From a virus: a stretch of 64,000 nucleotides of DNA. Position 1 is the first letter of the stretch; each line of letters opens with the position of its first letter. This document shows, piece after piece, positions 8,340 to 15,962 of this stretch. The notes beneath the pieces were generated by a model. The model ran no database searches, had not been told where the DNA came from, and worked only from the letters and a program-made list of their open reading frames with translations. Position numbers and translations under genes: made by a program. The stretch lies in the IMG/VR virus record IMGVR_UViG_3300032224_000591, positions 103,757 through 167,756 of that record. One strand, 5' to 3'.

Positions 8340-8554
8340 TATTCGATGAGCAGAATCGCATCCGATCTGAGAGTAAGCCACTATGTGGACCGTCTTTTCT
8401 CAGGTGAGCTCGGGGTAAGACATCTTACATAAGCTTGGTAACCCGGATTCTGAAAAGAGGGTCGACACTCGTCCTCATCGGACCTAATAGCACGCAGGGA
8501 CCCTTGCTTTTATAGCATCGGTTCTTATTCCATAGTGAGTGTAATGCGTGTCTC

Positions 8555-8629
8555 GCATCCTTAGCTTAGCGGTAGAGCGTTCCCTTGACATGGGAGAGGT
8601 CGTTGGTTCGATCCCAGCAGGATGCACCA
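8555..8629 (+). tRNA. tRNA-Val(GAC)
   Basis: Cloverleaf, CCA. Confidence 0.95.
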
Positions 8630-8631
8630 TT

Positions 8632-8708
8632 GCCCATATAGCCAAACTGGTAAAGGCGGCAGTCTCAAAATCTGTAATCTGTAGGTTCAAATCCTACTGT
8701 GGGCACCA
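8632..8708 (+). tRNA. tRNA-Leu(CAA), short variable loop
   Basis: Loop CT-CAA-AA, 77 nt, CCA. Confidence 0.9.
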
Positions 8709-8709
8709 T

Positions 8710-8786
8710 GATTACGTAGCTCAGCAGGATAGAGCATCGGTTTCCTAAACCGAGGGTCGCATGTTCGAGTCATGCCGTGATCACCA
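8710..8786 (+). tRNA. tRNA-Arg(CCT)
   Basis: Cloverleaf, CCA. Confidence 0.95.
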
Positions 8787-8787
8787 T

Positions 8788-8863
8788 GCTGTCTTAGTGT
8801 AACTGGTAAGCACGTGAGATTGTGAATCTCGAGGTTTTGGTTCGAACCCAGAAGGCAGTACCA
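8788..8863 (+). tRNA. tRNA-His(GTG), alphaproteobacterial type
   Basis: G1:U72, A73, no encoded G-1, CCA. Confidence 0.92.
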
Positions 8864-8875
8864 TATAAATATGGC

Positions 8876-9523
8876 ATGAGGACAATTGCGCTATTCATCG
8901 ACGAGTCGTCTGACGCCGCCGCAGAGTGTGGCGATGGAATAGTTGAAGCCCTATCTCCTCATTTTCATATCAAAAGATTCACCGAGGAAGAGTGTACTGC
9001 ATCCACATTCAAGGGTGTGGATATGATTGCTTTTCCCGGTGGCGTTGGTGAGTCGGAAGACTATAACTATTTCTTTCGTCGAAAGAGAGAGATGGCTGTA
9101 GTCGAGTACCTTGCCAACGGTGGTAGTTATCTAGGAATCTGTGTCGGCGCTTATTGGGCCGGCTCGCATTATTTTGATGTACTTGATGGAGTGGATGCTG
9201 TACAATACATAAAGCGTCCAACAGCAGACATAAAACGAAGCTACAATAAAGCTATCCCAGTCACATGGAATAGCAAACCTGAGCGGATGTTTTTTAGAGA
9301 TGGCTGTGCCTTCATAGGAGATCAAACGAAGTTCGAAACTGTCGCTCGCTATGCAAATGGCGATCCGATGGCAATCATACAGGGCAAGATTGGCCTGATA
9401 GGTGCTTGTCCTGATTCATTACGTTCATGGTACATAGAACCATACAACAAACCATTTTGGCATGATGGTGCACATCATCAGTTGCTACTAGAGTTCGTAA
9501 ACAAAGTTGGAGCTTTCGTCTAG
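8876..9523 (+). CDS. Class I glutamine-amidotransferase-like (BPL-N type) protein
   Basis: MIAFPGG, GGSYLGICVGAY nucleophile elbow; late promoter TATAAATA at 8864; stop inside tRNA-Glu. Confidence 0.8.
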   Translation: MRTIALFIDESSDAAAECGDGIVEALSPHFHIKRFTEEECTASTFKGVDMIAFPGGVGESEDYNYFFRRKREMAVVEYLANGGSYLGICVGAYWAGSHYFDVLDGVDAVQYIKRPTADIKRSYNKAIPVTWNSKPERMFFRDGCAFIGDQTKFETVARYANGDPMAIIQGKIGLIGACPDSLRSWYIEPYNKPFWHDGAHHQLLLEFVNKVGAFV

Positions 9524-9585
9524 CGGTTCAGGACATCGCCCTCTCACGGCGAAGATCACGGGTTCGAATCCCGTAAGCTCTACCA
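9509..9585 (+). tRNA. tRNA-Glu(CTC)
   Basis: Cloverleaf, CCA. Confidence 0.93.
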
Positions 9586-9590
9586 AATAA

Positions 9591-9667
9591 CCCGTGTTCT
9601 TCTAAAGGCCTAGGAAAACTCGCTTTCAATGAGTGTAATGTCGGTTCGACTCCGTCACACGGGACCA
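9591..9667 (+). tRNA. tRNA-Glu(TTC)
   Basis: Loop CT-TTC-AA, CCA. Confidence 0.85.
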
Positions 9668-9671
9668 ATTC

Positions 9672-9747
9672 GCCTTCTTTGTATAGCTGGTGCGTACGCT
9701 GGTCTGAAGAACCAGAGGACTCCGTTCGATTCTGAGAGAAGGCACCA
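9672..9747 (+). tRNA. tRNA-Phe(GAA)
   Basis: Cloverleaf with a T-stem mismatch, CCA. Confidence 0.88.
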
Positions 9748-9753
9748 TAAATA

Positions 9754-9843
9754 GGAGAGTTGGCCGAGAGGCTTAAGGCACACGTTTGCTAAATGTGCGA
9801 ACCCTAACCGGTTCCGTGAGTTCGAATCTCACACTCTCCGCCA
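9754..9843 (+). tRNA. tRNA-Ser(GCT)
   Basis: Long variable arm, G73, CCA. Confidence 0.95.
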
Positions 9844-9847
9844 CTAT

Positions 9848-9921
9848 ATCGGTAAAGTGTTACGGTAGCACGATGGTCTCCAAAACCGCAAGCCTGGGTT
9901 CGACTCCTAGTACCGGTGCCA
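9848..9921 (+). tRNA. tRNA-Trp(CCA)
   Basis: Loop CT-CCA-AA, G73, CCA. Confidence 0.88.
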
Positions 9922-10124
9922 AACATATATAGTTCGTCTGCCACGGAATGTCAGTCGGAATAATAGTTAGTAGCTAGTCACTGCAACTACCGAGCCAACC
10001 GTGCCTCTAGATCTTGTTATATCAGACTGGTATAACTTAGGGAGTGACTTCCGAGATTGGCTGGATAGAGGGCGCTGCAGTGGGGCAGCAGGCAAGTAGC
10101 GGAGAGCTACACCCACAAGAATTA

Positions 10125-10208
10125 GGAGGGTAGCGTCTAAGGTAGACACACAGTCTTGAAAACTGCGCCACCTCACGGTTGATGGTTCGATTCCTTTACC
10201 CTCCGCCA
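10125..10208 (+). tRNA. tRNA-Ser(TGA)
   Basis: Long variable arm, G73, CCA. Confidence 0.9.
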
Positions 10209-10279
10209 TTATACGGTTAGTCGCGCTAAATAGACTCGTGTGGGCCACGGTTAGCCCACGACTTCAATTGGAGTTTATT

Positions 10280-10858
10280 ATGCAATTCATGAACTTATGG
10301 GCAACTCCTGTTGCCATCTTTCAAAATAGAGACTATAGAGATATTAACGCTGAGATCCTTAAGCACGAGGAACTTAGGGGTTGCACGTTTCTTAATAAGA
10401 AGGATGTGTGGGACTATAGAGATACTGTCCCAGCCTTACAAACACTATATGATTGGATGCTGGAATGCACGGCCAAGTACGCTGAAGAGTGTTTTGGTAT
10501 GGAGTATACGCCAGAGATTTTCTATCATGGCCATGGTTCAATGAACTTTCGTGGCAAGGGTGAAGAGGCACTTCTGCATACTCATCGCCTCACTACTGTG
10601 GTGATGACGTATTATATCGACGTCCATGACAATTGCGGCGACATCAGACTCCTAGACCCCAGGAGCACGCTAGGTTGGATCAGCCGTAATGACGGCAGAC
10701 CTTATAATCAGTACACACATAGTCCTAACAATGGTGAGCTTATCATGTTCCCTGGTTGGGTTACACATATGGTTGCTCAGAACCAAACTGACAAGGAGCG
10801 TGTCGCTCTTACGTCAAACGTATATCTTAAGGATGAGCACAAGGATAAAGTGTACTGA
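10280..10858 (+). CDS. Putative 2OG-Fe(II) oxygenase (TIGR02466-like)
   Basis: HTH...YY..., GDIRLLDPR, GELIMFPGW.TH.V..N....RV. Confidence 0.85.
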   Translation: MQFMNLWATPVAIFQNRDYRDINAEILKHEELRGCTFLNKKDVWDYRDTVPALQTLYDWMLECTAKYAEECFGMEYTPEIFYHGHGSMNFRGKGEEALLHTHRLTTVVMTYYIDVHDNCGDIRLLDPRSTLGWISRNDGRPYNQYTHSPNNGELIMFPGWVTHMVAQNQTDKERVALTSNVYLKDEHKDKVY

Positions 10859-11343
10859 TGGATAGATTCTATGTAATTGACGATGTCTTTGACGAGCGTA
10901 TTCGCCTCAAGATTCGTGACTTTGAATATGGTCCTGCATCACCACAGAAGTGGTATGACTTGGGTTCTAATCCAGATCATGAGAAGATCTTTGACATTGC
11001 GGTCGAGCTTGGGTTTGGATTTATTCATGGCGCCGGTATCATTGGCTATGAGATGTGGTGCAACACCAGGGCTGTTGGTTGGCATTACGATCATGATGAG
11101 GTAGCCTCGCGTGAGGCTGGTAAGCTCATCACTCCTATCTTTGCTGCTGTATACTATGCCGAGGTGGCAAACCTAGAGGGTGGTGACCTAGTGACAGAGT
11201 CACATCGTATCACACCAAAGACTAATCGTCTTGTCATCATGAGCGGTGGTTTGAAGCATGCTGTGTATCCGTATGCAGGTACACGTAAGGCCATCACAAT
11301 CAATCCATGGGATCATAAAATAATCAATGCGGGTGTGGTATAA
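10858..11343 (+). CDS. 2OG-Fe(II) oxygenase (prolyl-hydroxylase-like)
   Basis: WHYD, GGDL, PKTNRLV, H.V....G.R; stop inside tRNA-Gly. Confidence 0.85.
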   Translation: MDRFYVIDDVFDERIRLKIRDFEYGPASPQKWYDLGSNPDHEKIFDIAVELGFGFIHGAGIIGYEMWCNTRAVGWHYDHDEVASREAGKLITPIFAAVYYAEVANLEGGDLVTESHRITPKTNRLVIMSGGLKHAVYPYAGTRKAITINPWDHKIINAGVV

Positions 11344-11403
11344 GGGTTGTGCCTTAGCCTTCCAAGCTAATGAAGACTGGTTCGAGTCCAGCCATCCGCT
11401 CCA
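11329..11403 (+). tRNA. tRNA-Gly(TCC)
   Basis: Cloverleaf, CCA. Confidence 0.93.
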
Positions 11404-11415
11404 TTAAGGTACATA

Positions 11416-12156
11416 ATGTTCACATTCTTCCATCGTAAAAAGAGAGTGACGGTCGATTGCTTCACCTGCATTCCGGCAGTTCACGAGTATACACCAATCG
11501 TAAGAGCGTCTAAGACGATTCCCGATTGGTGGAAGAACTTGCCTAAAGTTGGGCCTCTTAAACGTGACGATGATGGAATATTTCAACTAGACAATAACAT
11601 GCGTCGGTGCTATGGTTTTCTAGAGCTCTACAAGCGTGGAGCTATCATTGAATCATGGACCGATGCGCACTTTGAGATAGCACCCGATACATATAGGTTC
11701 CATGTTACAATTGGTGATAAGCCTACATGGCATCTGAAAGAACAGTTCAAAGGTGGTTTCGATAACTATCATCATATTAAGTTAATGAGTCCTTGGCATT
11801 TCCGTGAGAAATCCGGAATGCCCTTTTTATTCATGGGAGCCGAATGGTCTATTGAGTTTCCATTTAAGGTTCTACCCGGAGTTGTTGAGTACCAGAACGT
11901 ATCAGGTACTCACATCAATATGATGGCTCCTAAGTATACTGATCCATACGAGATGACAATCAAGCTTGGGCAACCTCTTGTACATGTTATCCCATTACAG
12001 GACGATGTGCATGTAGACTTTAAGTCACATCTACTGACAAAGCCTGAGTTTGATAAGGTTACTCTTCACGGAGGTATATCATACGACGGTCTTCGAGGTA
12101 TGGTAGGTATGCGTAAAAGGAATGCTGAGAGGAAGTGTCCGTTTGGCTTCGGATAA
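11416..12156 (+). CDS. Conserved phage protein, dUTPase-like beta fold (DUF6065-like)
   Basis: IPDWWK, LPGVV, IKLGQPLVHVIP pattern. Confidence 0.55.
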   Translation: MFTFFHRKKRVTVDCFTCIPAVHEYTPIVRASKTIPDWWKNLPKVGPLKRDDDGIFQLDNNMRRCYGFLELYKRGAIIESWTDAHFEIAPDTYRFHVTIGDKPTWHLKEQFKGGFDNYHHIKLMSPWHFREKSGMPFLFMGAEWSIEFPFKVLPGVVEYQNVSGTHINMMAPKYTDPYEMTIKLGQPLVHVIPLQDDVHVDFKSHLLTKPEFDKVTLHGGISYDGLRGMVGMRKRNAERKCPFGFG

Positions 12157-12226
12157 ATAAACACATGAACGCATCGTTATGAAATCCTGATGATTGGTAA
12201 TCCTCAATTTCATAACGGAGTTTCAG

Positions 12227-14053
12227 ATGAAGAGATTTTTAGTAGCCCTAATTGGGCTATGCGCATTTACGTGTGCAGCCGTAGCACAGAACCTACCAGC
12301 CGGTTCGTTAGGAATCGTCAATAACAATACGCCAAACACATGGCAGACATTTACCTACTCGTTCACACCATCGACAACAGGTGCTAATTTCGTAGGTTTT
12401 GCATTTCGTCAGGATCCAGCATTCTGGACTTTCGACAATGTCAGACTAACAGCAGCTGGTTCATCAACCAACCTGCTAACTAACGGTGCCTTTGATACAG
12501 GCGGACAGTTCAGTGTAACAACCACTAACGGTCCTTCCTCTATGCAGGCACCAACTAATTGGGGCGTATGGTATCAAAATGGAACATATCCTGCTGCCGC
12601 TGGCACTTGGACTAACGTTGGGGGGACTCATGGTGGCGTATGGTATGACGGAGCTGTTGGCTCGTTCGACGGTATCTATCAAGGCGTGGCTCTCCAGGCG
12701 GGCACCACTTACACAATTTCTTTTGAAGTTAGCGGGAATCACGCTGCTGACAATGGTGCTGTTCAGCTTGGCATTTATGGCGGCGCTTGCGCAACTGTAA
12801 GTATTGCACCTAATCAGTGCACGATCCCACCATCCGCCGGATTCACTACGCTTGCTACACCTGCTCAAGGTGCAGCTGCTGGTGGACCTGCAGTTCCTAC
12901 TATCGTAAGTGAATTGCCTGGAACTCCTAGTGTATCATCATCTAGCGCCCCTGGCACATTAGTAACCACAACAGCAAGCACAAGAGGCACTTCAACAACG
13001 GCAATCGCCCGTTCAGATGCTGCTGCTAGATCCGTTAACAATATCAATATAACAAGAACTACTGTGACCACAGTTACGACGCCGGTCACAACTGTTACCA
13101 CGCGTACAACTCCTATCGTCACAACGACAACGACTATACCTAGAACAGTCACAACGTGGAGCGATGGTACCACAACGACAACTGATGGAACACCGGTTGT
13201 CACACGCACAACAACCAATCAGATTGTCACATCATCAGCAATAGCTAACGATGTACAGTCGACAACGGGAACACAATCACAGTCTGTTAGCTCTAATGGT
13301 GCTAAGAGTGCTGTGTCTTATCGTAACAATAATCCATTCATTGTCGACACACTAAGTCAGAAAGATGGTGCATGGATCAGTCCATCGGCTAGCTACTACA
13401 AGTCAGTAGGTAGCATGTCATCAGGTGGCATCGCTGCTGGTTATCAATGGACTGTTGAGAATAACACGTTCGGTACTGCATTTGCATACAACAGTGCAAA
13501 GAGTGGTGGACTAGTTGGATCTGATGTTCAAGCTGTCACCTACGATGGTGTTGCATATGCACTTAGCAAGCAGGATGGTGTTTGGTTCAAGGGAACCATT
13601 GGCTATGGTTATGGTGACTACACAACCAACACATCGATCCCACTATTTGCCCTGTACAATACGGGTAAGATGAAGCAAAAGTCATACGTAGCTGACCTGA
13701 CTCTTTACAGTGCAGCAGACTACATAGGCTTCCGTCCACTGATTGGCGCTACGATCAATAAGAGCCAGATTGAGGCTTCTGCTGCTGGTAGTCCACTATT
13801 AGACACTACGGGTGACATCAAGTCTACAACTACGGTAAATCCATATGTAGGTGCTAGATATGACTTCACAGATAGTGTGGGTATCGAGATGAGAGCCACA
13901 CAGACTAAGGACTTCAAAACAGTCGGTGGAATCCGCGCTGTTGCCAAGACTGAGCTGTTTGATGGTGTGTTCCTGAATGCTACGGTAGGACTAGATAAGG
14001 GAACAGGCTATCAAGCAGCCTCCGGAACACTAGGTATCAAGGTCGCCTTTTAA
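12227..14053 (+). CDS. Autotransporter-like outer-membrane protein with Thr-rich stalk
   Basis: Signal peptide, beta-rich N domain, T/V/P-rich linker, amphipathic C-terminal barrel ending GIKVAF. Confidence 0.7.
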   Translation: MKRFLVALIGLCAFTCAAVAQNLPAGSLGIVNNNTPNTWQTFTYSFTPSTTGANFVGFAFRQDPAFWTFDNVRLTAAGSSTNLLTNGAFDTGGQFSVTTTNGPSSMQAPTNWGVWYQNGTYPAAAGTWTNVGGTHGGVWYDGAVGSFDGIYQGVALQAGTTYTISFEVSGNHAADNGAVQLGIYGGACATVSIAPNQCTIPPSAGFTTLATPAQGAAAGGPAVPTIVSELPGTPSVSSSSAPGTLVTTTASTRGTSTTAIARSDAAARSVNNINITRTTVTTVTTPVTTVTTRTTPIVTTTTTIPRTVTTWSDGTTTTTDGTPVVTRTTTNQIVTSSAIANDVQSTTGTQSQSVSSNGAKSAVSYRNNNPFIVDTLSQKDGAWISPSASYYKSVGSMSSGGIAAGYQWTVENNTFGTAFAYNSAKSGGLVGSDVQAVTYDGVAYALSKQDGVWFKGTIGYGYGDYTTNTSIPLFALYNTGKMKQKSYVADLTLYSAADYIGFRPLIGATINKSQIEASAAGSPLLDTTGDIKSTTTVNPYVGARYDFTDSVGIEMRATQTKDFKTVGGIRAVAKTELFDGVFLNATVGLDKGTGYQAASGTLGIKVAF

Positions 14054-14107
14054 GGTGTACAAACTCTCTCCATCGTGGTATAATACTTAAATGATGGAGA
14101 GAGACAC

Positions 14108-14338
14108 ATGACTGAAGTTATCCAGTTCCCACTGCAATCTAGAGATGCTACGATTATCCAGGGAGTAGCAACTCAGCGGCCTTATAACAAGGCTAAGTAC
14201 GTTGCCCTCATCGAGAGGTTCTTGACTGAGGATGATTTCGATTTTGTGATGAGAGCCATTGAGGAACCATTCCTCTATGCTGCTCTTGAGCCTCAACTGC
14301 AAAAGATCGTTGACTGTTACTTTAGTTACGATTCTTGA
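14108..14338 (+). CDS. Hypothetical protein
   Basis: Early promoter 14056, GGAG RBS, VIQFP N-terminus. Confidence 0.7.
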   Translation: MTEVIQFPLQSRDATIIQGVATQRPYNKAKYVALIERFLTEDDFDFVMRAIEEPFLYAALEPQLQKIVDCYFSYDS

Positions 14339-14340
14339 TG

Positions 14341-14348
14341 TATAAATA
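14341..14348 (+). promoter_or_regulatory. T4-type late promoter TATAAATA
   Basis: Exact copies also at 605, 8864, 20216, 29603, 42368, 61784; variants at 4401, 12152, 29757, 33176, 37241. Confidence 0.85.
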
Positions 14349-14374
14349 AACTTACGAACACGCAAAGGTGCACC

Positions 14375-14503
14375 ATGACTAAGCAGATTACACATCGTAA
14401 TCCAGTTGCTAAGGCTCTGAAGAGCCAGTCTTGCCGTGCGCGTGTGGTCGCTGCTAAACGCGGCAAGGGTTCCTACAAACGTCAGAGCTTCAAAAAGTTC
14501 TGA
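14375..14503 (+). CDS. arfA: ArfA-like alternative ribosome-rescue factor, 42 aa (not in ORF track)
   Basis: MTKQITHRNPVAKALKSQSCRARVVAAKRGKGSYKRQSFKKF; ArfA signature R.RV...K.GKGSY.R; AAGGT RBS; late promoter. Confidence 0.8.
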   Translation: MTKQITHRNPVAKALKSQSCRARVVAAKRGKGSYKRQSFKKF

Positions 14504-14509
14504 GGTCAC

Positions 14510-14586
14510 GGATCCTTAGCTCAGTAGGTTAGAGCAGCGGTCTTTTAAACCGACGGTCCCGGGTTCGAATCCCGGAGGATCCACCA
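14510..14586 (+). tRNA. tRNA-Lys(TTT)
   Basis: Cloverleaf, CCA. Confidence 0.95.
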
Positions 14587-14731
14587 TTATTCTTATTCAA
14601 AGTTTTATATCATGTGCAATCTACGTGACTTTATTATGGTAGTGATTATGTGCAACTTGATTGCAATCTTAGCATCTTGTGTTATAATTGCATTGAGTTA
14701 TTGGAATTAGAAACAAACAAGGAGCAATAAA

Positions 14732-15283
14732 ATGCAAAAGACTATCATTACGGCGCTTGTTCTTCTTGCGTCGACAGCAGTGGCTTCGGCTACTGATCTG
14801 CCAAGCAAGACGAAGGCACCGTCTCTACCCACTCTAGCTCAGTCAACAGACTTCTACGCTGGTGTGAATGCAGGCGGTAACTTCAACGATGCACGCGTCT
14901 ATTCTGGTGGTGCTGTTGCTGGCTGGAACGTCCTACCGTTCCTCGCAGTAGAAGGTACATACGACTTTTCTGTTCCACAGAATAAGATCAAGGGTGATTA
15001 CAACTACCAGAATACGGTTGCTGTAAACGCTGTACCGCAGTACAAGGTTCCCGCTCTTCCAGTCACTGTCTATGCACTAGGCGGCGCTGGCTATCGCTGG
15101 AACACTGCAGCTACCGTAGCGGATATTTCCGTTTATAACTTCGGTGCTGGTGCTAAGTATGAGTTTGCTAAGGGGATCGAAATCGATGGTCGCTACCGTC
15201 GTATTGATGCCATTGAGTCAAAGAACCGTACTTCGACTTCGGCCGAAGATCGTGCTACGATTGGTGTGAACGCAAAGTTCTAA
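14732..15283 (+). CDS. Omp25/RopB-like 8-stranded outer-membrane beta-barrel
   Basis: Signal peptide then ATDLPSKTKAP, FYAGVNAG, C-terminal IGVNAKF. Confidence 0.85.
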   Translation: MQKTIITALVLLASTAVASATDLPSKTKAPSLPTLAQSTDFYAGVNAGGNFNDARVYSGGAVAGWNVLPFLAVEGTYDFSVPQNKIKGDYNYQNTVAVNAVPQYKVPALPVTVYALGGAGYRWNTAATVADISVYNFGAGAKYEFAKGIEIDGRYRRIDAIESKNRTSTSAEDRATIGVNAKF

Positions 15284-15293
15284 TCTAGTACTA

Positions 15294-15331
15294 AGCTCAG
15301 GCGCAGTGATCACAGATACTGCGCCTGAGTT
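15294..15331 (+). terminator. Hairpin after OMP gene, probable terminator
   Basis: CTCAGGCGCAGT...ACTGCGCCTGAG. Confidence 0.6.
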
Positions 15332-15403
15332 GTATGCAAATAGCAGTGTACAAACCTGACCGGCGTGATATAATATACTAATGAATAAGACGAGGTTAAC
15401 ACT

Positions 15404-15760
15404 ATGAATGATTTCAACACAGCACTGACTAAAAACTATACGAAGTTGTCGCTCATCACGGTAGCTTCATTATCGAGTACCCTTGGTCTTCGTACCGAGT
15501 TAGCTATCATCCTGAATGATATGGCCATGGCTACGTGGATCTCTATCATGTGGGTTTTTATCATCATCGCCGTCTTGGCCTACTACAAGTCTAAAGCTGA
15601 TGTTGAGTTGGAAAAGTTTCGCGAGGGCGAGAAAAATCGCATCTTGATGGGTCTAAAACCACTCTCCACGTATACATACACAGGCCAGTCTGAACAGGTG
15701 ATTGGCAAGGAAACATTGGATCGCCTAAACTCAGTGGATACTAAAGTTAGGGAGAAGTGA
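15404..15760 (+). CDS. Membrane protein, hypothetical
   Basis: Early promoter 15347; hydrophobic segment. Confidence 0.7.
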   Translation: MNDFNTALTKNYTKLSLITVASLSSTLGLRTELAIILNDMAMATWISIMWVFIIIAVLAYYKSKADVELEKFREGEKNRILMGLKPLSTYTYTGQSEQVIGKETLDRLNSVDTKVREK

Positions 15761-15761
15761 A

Positions 15762-15962
15762 ATGAACCGCTTTATCGTAAAGTACGACATTAAGCATACC
15801 GAGCGTTCGTCTCTTTTGAGTGGTGTGCTCATGCCTGAGCAGTGCAAGTTTGTTAATCTGCAGGATGCGATCAAGTTCGTTCGTGCGATGCGTGGTCATC
15901 GCACTCCTAAGTACGAGGTTGTTGGCATGCCTGTCATCGAGCACATCTCTAACTTCTCATGA
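15762..15962 (+). CDS. Hypothetical protein
   Basis: Coupled ORF. Confidence 0.65.
   Translation: MNRFIVKYDIKHTERSSLLSGVLMPEQCKFVNLQDAIKFVRAMRGHRTPKYEVVGMPVIEHISNFS

Noticed and set aside
8263-10208. Possible suppressor or selenocysteine tRNAs (TAG at 8263, TTCA at 9591, TGA at 10125)
   Set aside because: Correctly framed 7-nt loops give Leu(TAG), Glu(TTC), Ser(TGA); a suppressor would need CTA/TCA/TTA. Core genes end at TAA/TAG/TGA normally, so no recoding evidence
12865-13218. Minus-strand Val-rich ORF, and similar shadows (20599-21168, 35934-36305)
   Set aside because: Antisense of low-complexity or biased + strand genes
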